Source: the human T2T-CHM13v2.0 reference genome, Homo sapiens
DNA length: 64,000 nucleotides
Direction: 5' to 3' (one strand)
Assembly: GCF_009914755.1 (NCBI RefSeq)
Contig: NC_060928.1
Part shown: in pieces, positions 1-13,569 of the stretch
How positions within the stretch are numbered: the first letter of the stretch is position 1
Layout: each line of letters opens with the position of its first letter
Notes under the pieces: generated by a model
Databases searched by the model: none
Told to the model about the DNA's origin: nothing
What the model saw: the letters and a program-made list of their open reading frames with translations, nothing else
Translations under genes and position numbers: made by a program

Positions 1-139
1 TTGAACATTTACCAGTTGACTTTTCCAAGCTGGTATGATCTGACTCTAGCACGTTTCTGATGGACAGTCCCTCCTCGATCAGTTTCTGATTTTACCTCAA
101 TACTCAGCTATGGTAGAAGAGTTAAATGACCTAGTTTGG

Positions 140-320
140 GAGTCAGAGTTCAGTTAACATTTTGGTTTTGTGACTTACTGGTAGTGTGAGCTTGAGTAAG
201 TGACTTAGTGTTTCATCCCGTTGCCTCATGTGCAAAATGGGGATCATCATAACTACCTTAAAAGTTTGCTGTAGAAGATTGTATGAGGGAAATATGAACA
301 GAACTTTGTACATTGTCAGC
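140..320 (+). mobile_element. MIR SINE fragment
   Basis: MIR core-like text: gtgagcttgagtaagtgactta...cctcatgtgcaaaatggggatcatcataactacct. Boundaries approximate. Confidence 0.7.
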
Positions 321-1338
321 TCTAATATATTTATAATTCTTTGGTGTTCTTGTAAAATATATGGGCTCACATAGGTAGTAATTCTATTGACATTCACAGT
401 AATAAAAAGAAAGGTAGCCTTTCTTGAGAAAATTAGGGAGATTTTCCCTAGTCTTTGGTCCTTGTTTTGACTGTATTGGGGACTCTGGGCTTTAATCTTC
501 ACAGAGAGGTGTGGTGGGTGTGGGTCGTGGCAACATGAAGGCTTGTGCATACTTTTATTCAAAAAGGATGTTAGCAGAAAGAAGCACCAACTTTCCTAGC
601 ATGAGGATTCCTGACATGCCCATCTTCTGTGACACGGTTGAGAAAGTATATGATTTCCCTTTTGCGGACTGGCAAACAGAAGATAAAAGAGATTACAACT
701 TTCCCCAGGATTATAGTAGCAAGGCTGGAAAAAAAATGGCAGAAATATTCAGTACAGCTTTTTGTTAGTGGATTCGCTCCAATACCCAGACCATGAAGGT
801 TCTTTAATTTCCCCCAAACTATACTCTTAAATGAGGCCTATTTCAGGCAGAGACACTAATCCAGCCCTGAGGTGGAATACTTCCTCCTCAGCGCCCTTCT
901 TTGATGTGTAGCTGATATGGAACTGAGTGCCAACATATGTTTGTACAAATATATTGGCAAATGTAAGCAGCCTACTGCTAATTACTACACTCTGAACCTC
1001 ATGTGAAGTTTGAATGATGCCTCAAGGAATTTGAATGTAAGAAAATAATATATATACATATTTTTCAAATCTTAGCAAAAAAGGGTTAACTTCTTTATGG
1101 TTGAAACTGGAAGACACTCGAGAATTATCTTGTCTTCTCAAACCTTTGGCAATAACATGTTTATTTAAGGAACTCAGGTCAAACAGTTGCTAGAAAAGAT
1201 TAAGTGTTTTGGACACTTTTAAAATAAAAAAGGGCCGCTTAAATTAAAAAAACCCAAAATTGCTTAATATTTTACAAATGAAAATAAGAACAATATAATT
1301 TAAACAGATGCTATACAAAACAACAGAGTACTATAGGC

Positions 1339-1540
1339 CAAAGGTCACAAATTAAAGACCATTTATGGGCTGAGAACAAAGCTACTGGGTTCAAAACATA
1401 AAGCGAATACTGTGGGAACTTCAGAGGGGCTTGCCCTGCCTAAAGGTATTCAAATTCAAATAATTTTGGAGTACTATGCTGGCTTAGCATAATTGGGAAG
1501 GCCAGATCAGGCTTTTGTACTCAACGTTGTGGTCCTTGAT
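1339..1540. mobile_element. Non-autonomous hAT-Charlie DNA transposon (MER102/MER113-like)
   Basis: caaaggtcacaaatt start and internal gccctgcctaaaggtattcaaattcaaa resemble recalled hAT MER consensus. Subfamily uncertain. Confidence 0.45.
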
Positions 1541-2429
1541 TTAGACAATATTGGTTAAAAAGATGGTACTTTAATCAGTTTACTACATATTTCAAACTAA
1601 AACATTATTTTTAAACATGAATTATATGAACACATTTCTTCTACTAATTTTGTAAATATTAAGGGTTGATTTTAACTAAACCAAATGGAGGGTTTTTTTT
1701 TAACTTTTAGTGATGGATATATAGAATTATTCTGTTGATCAGCTTCTGAACATCTCAAATTTTAAATATAGAAATGTTATCAGAATACTTCCTTTTTAAG
1801 AATACGAAATGTTTGCATTCTGTGGAGATGTGGAGAAAACTAAAGCCAAACCGAAGGAGTGGCTTAATCTCTATTTCTGTGATGAATTGACTTCTGCTAG
1901 TCAGATGGGAAAAAATTAGAATGTTTAATCACTGTGTTTAATTGAAAGGAATTTGTAATGATTCAATTTGGTTATCTCTATATCTAGATATTTAGACTAA
2001 TTTTTTTCTAATTTGGTTTAGTTACAGGGGAGATGTCTAAATTGATAATATAGAAAAAACAAAAGCAGTGTTATTTTTTTAAAATGTAAGTAACGTAGTA
2101 GAATAAATTCAACTAGCTAACCCAATAATTAACCAACTAAGTAATCTGATAAAAATTTGGTTTAGTTTCTTAGGACACCTGTATTAATGAAAAGAAAAGG
2201 TCGATTTGTAATTAGTACTTAAGTGTTGTTATTTACATGGTTGTTTCTAAATTTCCTAGTGTGCTTCAACTTAGAATTTCTTCTTAAATATTTTAAATAA
2301 TTTTAAATAATTTCCTGAATTGTTATTAAAAATTCACTTTATTAAATTTCTTTTTCCCTGTAGTCAGGAAGAGTTAAATAAATACTATTAAGTATGTGAA
2401 TGTACTTGGTAAATTGTACATAATTAGAA

Positions 2430-2840
2430 CATTGTGAGTGACACCACCACCTTTGAAATCTTTAAGTATCCCATGCTGTGATGCCCATGTCTTATTCTTC
2501 CAGCTCAATTGCTCTAGTACACCCACTGCAACAATTCTTCAATGTCATAGAGACCTCCAGTCCAGGGACCCTGTGTATTCCATCCATCAGTTTCCTCCCG
2601 TCTTCATTTCCTTTCTTGTTCAGCGTAATGTCATGGTCCATCATTATTATTACTCCCTTGCTAATGCCCTAAACCTCCTTGCTCCTCTTTTCCTTCTTCA
2701 CATTTGACTGGCAAAAGCTCAACCCTGATTGAACCCAACCATCGCCTTTTCATGAACGCTGTTTGGGGAAAAAATTCACACACGGAGGCTGACTGATGGC
2801 TAAATTTTTGGTCTCAAACTTCACATAGGCTCAACCAAAA
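2430..2840 (+). mobile_element. L2 LINE ORF2 remnant (5' piece of a fragmented L2 running to ~9070)
   Basis: Pyrimidine-rich L2 text: atggtccatcattat...ccttgctcctc...ctggcaaaagctcaaccctgattgaacccaacc (KPQPW.NP-like motif). Confidence 0.7.
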
Positions 2841-4099
2841 TCTAGAAATTCACTGATTTTTTTTCCTCCTGTTTTTGGGACAAAATTTTACACATTGTAA
2901 CAGAGCAAAAGCTGCTGGTGGTGGTGGTGCTGAAGCAGTAGGGTAGGAGAAACTTAGATATAAATGTAATGAATGGAGTCTTAATTTTAGATCCCATTGC
3001 TTTAGGTAACTTTTGGGTGTTTTGTCTTCTAGATCTCTTCACTTTCTCTAGCTCCTCTTCATGGATGATATCTAGACATATGGGGCAGCTAACTTAATTT
3101 TATGATGGTGGGTAAGGAGGCCTCAGATATGCTTAATAAACTGGTCAGCTGCTGTGTTTGCGGAGGAGGAGGGGTCCCCTATCTTTACTGATAGTTGGCC
3201 CTTGGCATTGGTACCCACTGAGGTATGTCCGCTCCCCTGTGGCCTTTTGGAGGTCTTGTGTGTGCAGCTGTTTCTGAAATTTGCAGTCTTAGCTGTTTGT
3301 CCTGGTTGCATAGATCTTGTACTTATGTGTCCCTTTTTTTTCTGGTGCCGGATCTCTTTTGGTTAACTAGCCCTCTCATCACCTTTATGTCCACTCATAC
3401 TCCACACAAGCTTTAAGAAGCCAGTGGCATATGGGTGCTATTGGTTCTGTGCCCATTGGACATTGGGTTCTGTCCCAGTGAGGGACTTCTGCTAATGGTT
3501 TATATCTCTTCTAGGCTCTGCCTGGAGAAGCAGTCGGCTAGCTCTAATGTTCTTGGGCGGCTCTGTACCTATCAGAATGTTTCTACACCCTCGGTACTGA
3601 AGCTGAATGCTGAGAAGGAGGAAAGGCAAAGAGGTTGCTGTACCTCTTGCTCTTCTCCTGTCCCCGTTATTCTACGGCTGAATTAGGTGGCTTTTTTCCC
3701 CTTCCTATGTGGCAGGGACTTTTCTTGTGTCCTATCTTGAGTTCTTCAGACTAATAGTAAAATTGACGGTTAAGCCAGCCGGACTGGCTTTTAATACATT
3801 ACTGGAAGTTTAAGAAATTTAAAAAATATTTTTTCTCTTGACAAACCCTGTTTTTAAAATAGATGGAATTGCTAGGGATTCGGCTGGTGTTAATTGCATT
3901 TTTCTATTCCTGTGCTATGTGTACTAATCACCATCCTATGCCCCCTTCACCTGCTCTCTAAGTCCCCTGTAGATGAATGCCTCTGAGTAGAAAGAAGGTC
4001 ACGTCTATAGAGATGCAAAAGAGAAAAGCACATTAATATATATCAAAAATTGTTATCCTTGTTACACTACTAAGTTTACTTTTCCATTCTATGAGATGA

Positions 4100-4979
4100 C
4101 TACTTTGTCTGCTTGGTCCTTAGAGCTCTCATTACTCTTCCCCCTCTTTCTTACCCAGTTCTCAGCAGAAGACCCCATCTCATGAATCACTGAGAAAAAT
4201 TATAGTCATTGGAGAACTCTCACTGCTGAGTCTATCCATAATCTGCATCTTTTTCTTCTTTACAGAAAAGATGTAAGAAGAGTCAATTCTACTGAAGACC
4301 AATCCCTCCAGCTTTGCTTGCGATTCTATTTCCTCTTATCTTCTAAACATTTCAGTCCTTCCCTTTATCTTTTACATTATGAGTGTCTTTTTCTACTGAA
4401 TTATTCTCATCAGTATAAGAATATGCTGTAGTATTCCTCTTTTTTATTGTAGAACTTAATAAAACTTTATTTATTTAATTTAAAAATTTTTAATATTTGT
4501 GGGTACATAATAGGTGTACATATTAATGGGGTACATGAGATGTTTTGATACAGGCATGAAAGATGAAATAATCACATCATGGAAAATGGGGTATCCATCC
4601 CCTCAAGTATTCCTCTTCTTGAAGGAAAAAAAACTCACCCCATATCTTCCCCACCCTCAATTTACTAATTCCTTTCTCTGCCACCCTTCCTGGCTAAGTT
4701 CTTTAGAAAAGTAGTCTATATGCTGTCACCCTTTCTATGCAGTTTCAAACCACTCAAATATGGCTTTCTTCTCTCTACCATTTCACTGAAATCACTTGTG
4801 CCAAATCCAATGTTTATGATTATGCTCTTGTCTTACTTAATTTCCCGGTAGCATTTAGCATAGCTGATTATTTTCTCTTTTGGGAAAAAAATTTCGATGT
4901 CTCTTAGCTTCCACACTCTTCTGGCTTTCTTCTTGTCTCATTAGCAACTCAATCTCATTCTTTACTGGCTTTTCCTCTT
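4100..4979 (+). mobile_element. L2 remnant, interrupted by a short L1MA insertion
   Basis: L2 text: ctcagcagaagacccc...cactgagaaaa, aagaccaatccctcc, ccatttcactgaaatc, gcatttagcatagctga. Confidence 0.7.
4442..4605 (-). mobile_element. 5'-truncated L1MA (L1MA1-3-like) 3' end
   Basis: gggtacataataggtgtacatattaatggggtacatgagatgttttgatacaggcatg. 12-bp TSD agtattcctctt at 4430-4441 and 4606-4617. Confidence 0.85.
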
Positions 4980-7907
4980 TTTTTGTAATTTTAATTTTAT
5001 TTAAATTATTTTCAATTTCAATAGTTTTTGGGGAAGAGGTGGTGTTTGGTTACATGGATACATTCTTTAGTGGTGATTTCTGAGATTCTGGTGCACCCGT
5101 CACCTGAGCAGTGTACATGGTAGCCATCGTGTACTCTTTTAAACCGCAACCCCACCCATCCTTTCCCCCAAGTCCCCAGAGTCCATTATATCATTCTTAC
5201 GCCTTTGCATCCTCATAGCTTAGCTCCTATTTACAAGTGAAAACATACGATGTTTGTTCTCCCATTCCTGAGTTACTTCACTTAGAATAATGCTCTCCAA
5301 TTTCATCCAAGTTGATGTGAATTCCACTATTTTATTCCTTTTTATGGCTGAGTAGTATTTTATGGTATATTTACATATATTATATATATATGTATATATA
5401 CACATAATTTTCTTTATCCACTGGTTAATTGCTTGATGGGCATTTAGGCTGGTTCCATATTTTTGCAATTGGGAATTGTGCTGCTACAAACATGCATGTG
5501 CAAGTGTCTTTTTTATATAATGATTTCTTTTTCTGTGGGTAGAACCAGTATTGGGATTGCTGGATCAAATGGTAGTTCTACTCTTAGTTCTTTAAGGAAT
5601 CTCCACACTGTTCTCCATAGTGGTCGTACCAGTTTACATTTTCTCCAGCAGTGTAAAAGTGTTCCTTTCTTACCACATCCATGCTAACATCTATTACTTT
5701 TTGATTTTTAAATTATGCCATTCTTGCAGGAGTAAGATGGTATTGCATTGTGATTTTGACTTGCATTTCCTTGATCATTAGTGATGTTGAGCATTTTTTC
5801 ATATGTGTTTGGCCATTTGTCTATCTTCTTTTGAAAATTGTCTGTTCATGTCCTTAGCCCACTTTTTGATGGGATTATTTGTTTTTTTTCCTTGATGATT
5901 TGTTTGAGTTCCTTGTAGATTCTGGATACTAATCCTTTGTCAGATGCATAGTTTGTGAATATATTCTCCCACTCTGTGGGTTGTCTGTTTACTCTGCTGA
6001 TTATTTCTTCTGCCGTACAGAAGCTTTTTAGTTTAATTAAGTCCCACTTATTTATCTTTATTTTTGTTGCATTTGTTTTTGGGTTCTTGGTCATGAACTC
6101 TTTGCCTAAGCCAATGTCTAGAAGAGTTTTTCTGATGTTATCTCCTAGAATTTTTATGGTTTCAGGTCTTATATTTAAGCCTTTGATTCATCTTGAGTTG
6201 ATTTTTGTATAAGGTGAGAGATGAGGATCCAGTTTTATTCTTCTACGTGTGGCTTGCCAATTATCGCAGCACCATTTGTTGAACAGGGTGACAGGGTGTC
6301 TTTTCCTCACTTTACTTTTTTGTTTGCTTTGTTGAAGATTACTTGGCTGTAAGTATTTGACTTTGTTTCTGAGTTCTCTATTCTGTTTCATTGGTCTACA
6401 TGTGTGCTTTTATACTAGTACCATGCTGTTTTGGTAACTATAGCCTTGTAGTAGTATAGTTTGAAGTCAGGTAAAGTGATGCCTCCAGATTTCTTCTTTT
6501 TGCTTAGTCTTGCTTTGGCTATGTGGGCCCTTTGTTTGGTTCCATATGAATTTTAGAGTTGTTTTTTTCTAGTTCTGTGAAGAATGATGATGGTATTTTG
6601 ATGGGAATTGCATTGAATTTATAGATTGTTTTTGGCAGTATGGTCATCTTCATGTTATTGATTCTACCTATCCATGAGCATGGTATGTGTTTCCATTTGT
6701 TAGTGTCATCTATTGTTTCTTTCAACAGTGTTTTGTAGTTTTCCTTGTAGAGATCTTTGACGTCTTTCGTTAGGTATATTCCTAAGTATTTTTATTTTTT
6801 TGCAGCCATTGTAAAAGGGGTTGAGTTCTTGATTTGATTCTCATCTTGATTCCTGTTGGTGTATAGCAGTGTTACTGATTTATGTATGTTGATTTTGTAT
6901 CCTGAAACTTTGCTGAATTCATTTGTCAGATCTAGGAGCTTTTTGGATGAGTCTTTAGGGTTTTCTTCCTATAGGACCATATCATCAGTGAATAGCAACA
7001 GTTTGACTTCCTCTTTACCAATTTGGATGCCCTTTATTTCTTTCTCTTGTCTGATTGTTCAGGCTAGGACTTCCAGTACTATGTTGACTAGAAATGGTAA
7101 AAGTGGGCATCCTTGTCTTGTTCCACTTCTCAGAGGGAGTGCTTTCAACTTTTCCTCATTCAGTATAATGTTGGCTATGGGTTTGTCATAGATGGCTTTT
7201 GTTACCTTAAAGTATGTCCTTTCTTTGCTGATTTTGCTGAGGATTTTAATCATAAAGGGATGCTGGATTTTGTCAAATGCTCTTTTCTGCATCTATTACG
7301 ATGATCATATTATTTTTGTTTTTAATTCTGTTTAATGTAGTGTATCACATTTATTGACTTGCATATGTTAAGCCATCCCTGCCTCCCTGGTATGAAACCC
7401 ACTTGACCATGGCTTATTAGCTTTTTGATATGGTGTTGGATTTGGTTGGCTAGTATTTTGTTGAGGATTTTTGCATTTATGTTTATCAGGGATATTGGTT
7501 TGTAGTTTTCTTTTTTTGTTATGACCTTTCCTGGTTTTGGTATTAGGGTGATACTGGCTTCATAGAATAATTTAGGGAGGATTCCCTTTTTCTTTATCTT
7601 TTGGAATAGTGTCAATAGGGTTGGTACCAACTCTTCTTCGAATATCTGATAGAATTCAGCTGTGAATCCATCTGGTCCTGGGCTTTTTTTGTTGGCAATT
7701 TTTTTATTACTGCTTCAATTCTCACTACTTCTTATTGGTCTGTTCAGAGTTTCTATTTCTGTCTGGTTTAATCTAGGAAGGTTGAATATTTCCAGGAATT
7801 TACCCATTTCCTCTAGGTTTTCTAGTTTGTGTGCATAACAGTGTTCATAGTAGCCTTGAATAATCTTTTGTATTTCTGTAGTATTGGTTGTAATATCTCC
7901 CATTTCA
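4980..7907 (-). mobile_element. 5'-truncated L1PB (L1PB1-like), 2.9 kb, broken ORF2 (RT and C-terminal region)
   Basis: L1PB-type 3' UTR (gtggtgtttggttacatg...ctttagtggtgatttctgagat). Minus ORFs 5220-7903 translate to ORF2 pieces ([22 protein letters not shown]). 14-bp TSD tggcttttcctctt at 4966-4979 and 7908-7921. Confidence 0.95.
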
Positions 7908-7921
7908 TGGCTTTTCCTCTT

Positions 7922-9070
7922 AACTCAAACTCTAAATGTTGGCCATCTTCAGGGCTTAGTCCAGCCTTTATTTTTTTTTAAATATTTTTTCCAAAGTTCC
8001 CTCTCCCAACTTTATGACTTTAAATACCACATAATTAGAATTTTCCACATTTGTATCTCCTCAGACTTCTCGTCTGAGCTATGGACTCAAACATTCAAAC
8101 TATCTTCTTGATGTCTCTGTTTGAAGGAATCACAGCCATCTTAAACTTAACATGGTTAACACAATTATTGATTTCCTGTCTCTCATTCCCCAGTAATCCT
8201 CTTCAGTCTTCCATATCTTAGTAATAGTACCATCATCCTCTAGGTCCTTAATCTGTAAATCTAGTAGTCTTTCTGGATTTCCCAGCTACTTCTTTTCAGT
8301 GTCTTGCATGGTTACTTTTTTTGATGTATTCTTTAAACAGTGGTGTTTTGGCTTAGCATCTACTCACTTTTCATTTGAATTTTTCTCCCTAATCAATTGG
8401 ATCTACTTCTATGGCTTCATTGTCATCATATGCTGATGACTTTCTGAATTTATCTCTAACCTTGGATTTGCTTCTGAAATTGTGGCCCTTATATTTAAAT
8501 ACTTAGTCAACATCTTTATTTCGATGTTCCACAGGAAACCTCAAATTTTCCTATCCAGAATGGAATTTGCTACATTCCCAATAACTCATGCTTCCTTCTT
8601 GTCCCCTCTCTCAGTGAATAATATGAGCATCTAATAGAGTCACAAGCTAGAATCCTGGATACCACTCTTGGTAAGTTGTCCCTTTTTCATTCACATTAAA
8701 TCCATCAGGTTTTGTCACCTCGATGTCTAAAATATGGCACAAATTTGTTAACTCATCTTCCTTTCTCATGAAACTACCTTGGAACAGGTCTTTCTAATTT
8801 TTGTCTAGACTGTTGCAGCAGTCTCCTCATTTTCATTTTTACTCACTTCCATTCTATTCTTCAAGAAGTCAGAATGATTTCTGAGAAAGCAAATAAGACC
8901 ATGTCATTGTCCTGTGTAAAGCCATTTATTTTAATATTATGCTTCATAAATCTGCAATCATTTTGTTTATCCATTTGTTTATCTATGATTGTCATCCCTC
9001 ATTGGGATTCATGCTCCATGTGAAGAAGGTTGTGTCTGCTTATCTTTTGTTTCTTAAGCATCTTGCACAG
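7922..9070 (+). mobile_element. L2 3' region remnants
   Basis: ctctaaatgttggc, atggcttcattgtcatcatatgctgatgac, then an L2-like 3' end near 9000-9070. Confidence 0.65.
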
Positions 9071-9781
9071 TTTCCCAAGCACCATTTCTTAATGATAATA
9101 GTAATGATGAAAAACAACAAAGGGACTCAGTAATCAACATAGAGGTCTGGTCACCAGAAATCCCAAAATAGTGCAGTTCAGTTTTGTACTAAAATGACAT
9201 TTTAGTGAATTTAAACTAAGACATTTTAGTAAATAAATCTAGTATGGAATTCCATTTTTCAGCTTTGTTTTCAAGGGATTGTGAATCTAGGCACATGAGT
9301 GAGTAGTTTTCCCTGTTACTCTATATGAGGCCTACAGCTTGCTCAAGCAAGTTCAGGACCACAGCTAGGCCCTTTGAAGAAATCCATATGTGTAGAACTC
9401 TAACCAGGTCAGACGTAAGTTACAGATATTCTTAAAGTGACTTTTTGTCTTTCTGGCTGGATATGATACTGTAGTTTCTGTAAAACAAAGGAGGACCATT
9501 TAGTTTCAAAAATACAATATGGGTAAATACAATATAGATAACTTGGTAATAAAAGGATTTTAATTTAATTTAGGTATTTATGTTTAGATACCAGCTACTA
9601 GTAAAATACCACCTCCCCCCACAACAAACACATATACTCTAGTAGTTTCTAATGCTTATAGAAAAATGGACTTAATGATTTTTGGATTAATCTTTCTTAA
9701 TTTTCATTTGCTTTTCAATCTTCTTTGGGAAAAGGGTAACCTGTGTCTCAACTTTTTATGATGATCAATTTACACATCATA

Positions 9782-9912
9782 TATATATATATTTTTGGAT
9801 ATATACCCTAATGGGATTGCTCGGCTGATTGGTAGTTCTAAGTTCTTTGAGAAATCTCCAAACTGCTTTCCACACTGGCCAAACTAATTTACATTCCCAC
9901 CAGCAATGTATA
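9782..9912 (-). mobile_element. Short internal L1 ORF2 fragment flanked by an 11-bp direct repeat
   Basis: ttggatatataccc..taatgggattgct...agttctttgagaaatctccaaactgctttccac...tttacattcccaccagcaatgtat. tacacatcata at 9771-9781 and 9913-9923. Confidence 0.8.
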
Positions 9913-10049
9913 TACACATCATAATTTGAATATGCTATGTTCCAGATTAGTTGCCAGCAAGAAGGGGTGAGATGGGGGCTAAGAAAAAGATGATAGCAAT
10001 ATAAAAAGAGATTTGAAATAAATATATATATCAGTTTAAAAATATATAT

Positions 10050-10247
10050 TTATTCTGGGTGATACTGATGCGTCAATGTGAGTTCATCAATTGTGTGGTA
10101 ACAATGTATCACTTCGGTGGGGGATGTTGGTAATGGGGAGGCCCACACATGAGTGGAAGCAAGGGATATGTGGGAAATCTCTGTATCTTCCACTCATCTT
10201 TGCTATGAACCTAAGACTGCTCTACAGAATAAAGTCTATTAAAAAAT
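10050..10247 (+). mobile_element. Old L1M (L1MC/MD-like) 3' end
   Basis: tgtgggaaatctctgtatcttcc...tttgctatgaacctaagactgctctacagaataaagtctattaaaaaa. Confidence 0.75.
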
Positions 10248-12177
10248 ATATATCTTACCAGTGGCAGGGGTGTGGGTAGAGTGGAGAGTGGGGCTAGGGA
10301 GTTTCAGGGCATAAGGGTTAAGCCGTGTCTTCATTCAGATACCCCATGGAACCACTGAAGGGCTTTCCCAGGTATCCTACAGTAGCATGGCATACACTCA
10401 AGGTTAGTGGAGAGAACTCTTAACTGGTAAAATGTGTGAATTCTGTGTTTCTAGGCAATTATGAACACCAGGTAAAACAATGTCAGTTCTTTAACCTCAG
10501 AACCTTTGCGGAGTGGTCAGCTAAAGTGAACTAGACAGTGACTCAGGAAATCTAAGCATTTCTGTTTTTTTTTTCTTCATTATTTTTGTGTCAGAAACTT
10601 GGTGGTTAATTGTGTAGTTAACCCGTGGCTGGCTGTAGAGGGATTCTATTCTCTAAATGCAATCCCATATAAAATGAGTCTTACCAGCTTATAAAAGAAA
10701 AAGTTCCCTATATCATTAATTTTTATAAGTGTAATCACATCAGAAATATACTAATGGAGTTCTTTATTGAAAGAAAACATATATAAGAATCTTCTTAATA
10801 TAAGAATAATATCTGCTCCATCAACTGCATCTCAAAATTTGTGCTAGGATTTAGCAAGTTGTACAAAGAACACAAGCCTTTATCTCAATAGGTCTGGGTT
10901 CTTTTCCCAATTGTCACTGGCTGTGTGACATCAAGAAAAACTCCTAACATTGCAGGGGCACTTTTCTTATCTCTAGAAAGAGTTGCACTAGATGATGCCC
11001 AAGAATTTCTCTGGCTTTAGAATTTTCTGTTTCATCTTCCAAACTTGGAAATTCATTGATTTTGATGTTTTTATGGTTGCATGCTCATATTATATAACCA
11101 AGATGACTGTGTGCTAAATTAATGCTAATCCCCAGGACTAAATAAAAGTTATTTGAAAACTGTGGTGCATTGATTGCCATCTCTTAATGAAACTTCCGGG
11201 ACCTTGATTAACCTAGATGTTCGTTTTTGTTGTTGGAGAATCTGGCTGTTGGTATGGTATCAATATGCATGGCAATAACTTTAGAATTATTGGTGAGATA
11301 AGAAATAGTTTCAAAATCCATGTAACTCCTCTTGTGCAGTGAAAGGAATACTAAAATTTTAAAGATACATTTTGAATTTTGGCCTTACCTTTTTAATGAC
11401 TCTGTGACATTGCTAAGTCACTTAATTTCTCTGATATTTAATTTTTTGCGTCTTTGAAGAAAGGGATAATGCCTGTTCTGCATACATTATAAGTCGACTA
11501 TAAGTGAAAATAGTTTTATAGGAGAATTCTCTTTGAGTTATTGCAAAATGCAAAACATTCTAAAGATTGTAGTTTAATCTTTTGCCATGGCAAAGATAAA
11601 TTACTTCCAACTGCTAATTTTGGGAAGCGAGCAATAATATTTTATGAATGTCTCTCTGGGTTGGAGACCTGCAGCATTTGTAGGAAATCACATACAGGCG
11701 GCATCATTTGATAATTCTGCTATCCTGATCCTGCTTACTGCAATATCCATCAGTAGAGTAAGGGTATGTCTGAGGAATACTGTATGGCACTCTGCACTCT
11801 TCATAGAAGTGATTACTTGTTGAAACAAAGGCTATGGCAGACACAGTATCATCAATCTTCTGACTTGGTACTTCATTTCTTTGGGTCTAGTCTTTTTTAT
11901 CCTGGCTCTAGCACTTACTGGCATGTGAACTTGTAACATGCTACCTAACCCTGATGAGCTTATAAAAGGAAAAGTTGTATAGATCATTAATTTTTATAAA
12001 CTAGGCACCAGTTTTCCTCTCCCTCAAAAATGGTAGCTATTGTATTTGCTACTCTTACATTATTATTCTCTAAGTGCAGAGATTTGCAGGCATATACATC
12101 CTAAAGAAAGGGTATTAAAAGTCCCAAAGTTTATAAATCACTGCTTTCCCCAAATCCTCTATTGCCAATGGGCATTA

Positions 12178-12630
12178 TTATTTAGGATTAGAGATTACTG
12201 AGAATAACAGAGACCCAAAATATACTGTCTTAAGTAAAATTGAAATTTATTTCTCTGACACTGAAAGGTTTGTAGATAAGTAGTTTAAGGCTGATGTGGT
12301 GGGTCAGTTCCACAGAGTCCTCAGGGCCCCAGCTCCGTCTATTGTGTTGCTCTTTTGTGTGTGGCTCCTAATTTACCAAGGTCATCTCATGGCTCAACAT
12401 AGTTGCTCTAGCTCCAGCCATCAAGTCCACATTCTAGCTAGCAGAAAAGAGGAAGGGACAACAGAAAAGGAAAATGGTGTGCATTATTTAAAGAAGGTCC
12501 CCAGAATGTTGTATAAAATTTGTCCACTGGATGAAAATGTATATACTTACCAACAAAGGAGGTTGTGACATATAGTCTGTCCATGTTCATGAGGAAGAGG
12601 AGAACAAATATTGGGAAAAAGCTAGCTTCT
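12178..12630 (-). mobile_element. MaLR LTR (MLT1J/K/L-like)
   Basis: ttaggattag...taacagagacccaaaata, tttatttctct, ctccagccatcaagtccacattctagc. Confidence 0.7.
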
Positions 12631-12711
12631 TAGACACAAGAACAATGACAGAGGCATTTAAAAATGTGTCCCAGATAATTGAGAAAAAAACCAGCAAAAA
12701 AAGGAAGGGGA

Positions 12712-12806
12712 GTGAACCCGGGAGGCGGAGCTTGCAGTGAGCCGAGATTGCGCCACTGCAGTCCAGCCTGGGCGACAGAGCAAGACTCTGTCTCAAAAAA
12801 AAAAAA
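12712..12806 (+). mobile_element. Severely 5'-truncated AluY-like element
   Basis: gtgaacccgggaggcggagcttgcagtgagccgagattgcgccactgca followed by poly(A). TSD aaaaaaaggaagggga at 12696-12711 and ending at 12822. Confidence 0.9.
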
Positions 12807-13489
12807 AAAAAAAGGAAGGGGATATATGTAGCTATGTTAGTCTGAGTTAGGTGGTTATTATGAGGATTTTGTTGTTGTTGTTGTTACATGTAATTATCAA
12901 ACATACCGAAGCCTAATTTGCAGTCTTGAGCTTTTGTTTTTTTAGCTGTTATTGAGAGGAAAACAATCTCCTGGATTCTTTTCTCATCCTGGAAGTATGG
13001 ATGCCTTCTCTAGTAAGTAAGTTTATTTTGCTTTCAGTGAAGCATATGTATTACCTTTAAAAAAACATTAATTATATTCTGTTATTTTTTTGACTAGAAA
13101 ACCATATACTTTAAGAAGGATTTAATAACTTGGTCCCTGGGTGTCAATCAATAAAGCACGTGAATAACCAGTGCAAAGTGGTCACTCGGCTGCCCAAGGG
13201 GAGGTCATCCAAGAATGAAATCAGTGTAACAACAGCTGAATTGCATCCTTCATCAAATGCATGTAAAACAGACCAGAAAGACATCAATTCCCAATGCTGG
13301 TATGGGTGGTCTTTCTACTGCATGTATAATTTCCAATTTAACAAAGGTTAATACCATGTTGTAATTTGAAATGTCAAAATAATAAATCCTATGTGGGTAA
13401 ACTAGATGGTGGTTTTAAAATTTATAATGAATATTCAGTTGAAATAGTAAAGTCATTTAAATCACATCAGCAGAGTTTTTCTCTTTTTC

Positions 13490-13500
13490 AAACTAGTGAT

Positions 13501-13558
<58 letters not shown>

Positions 13559-13569
13559 ATCACTAGTTT
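13490..13569. repeat. Compound (AC)n(AT)n(GT)n microsatellite inside an inverted repeat
   Basis: aaactagtgat-acacacacac-(at)n-(gt)n-atcactagttt, read directly. Confidence 0.9.
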
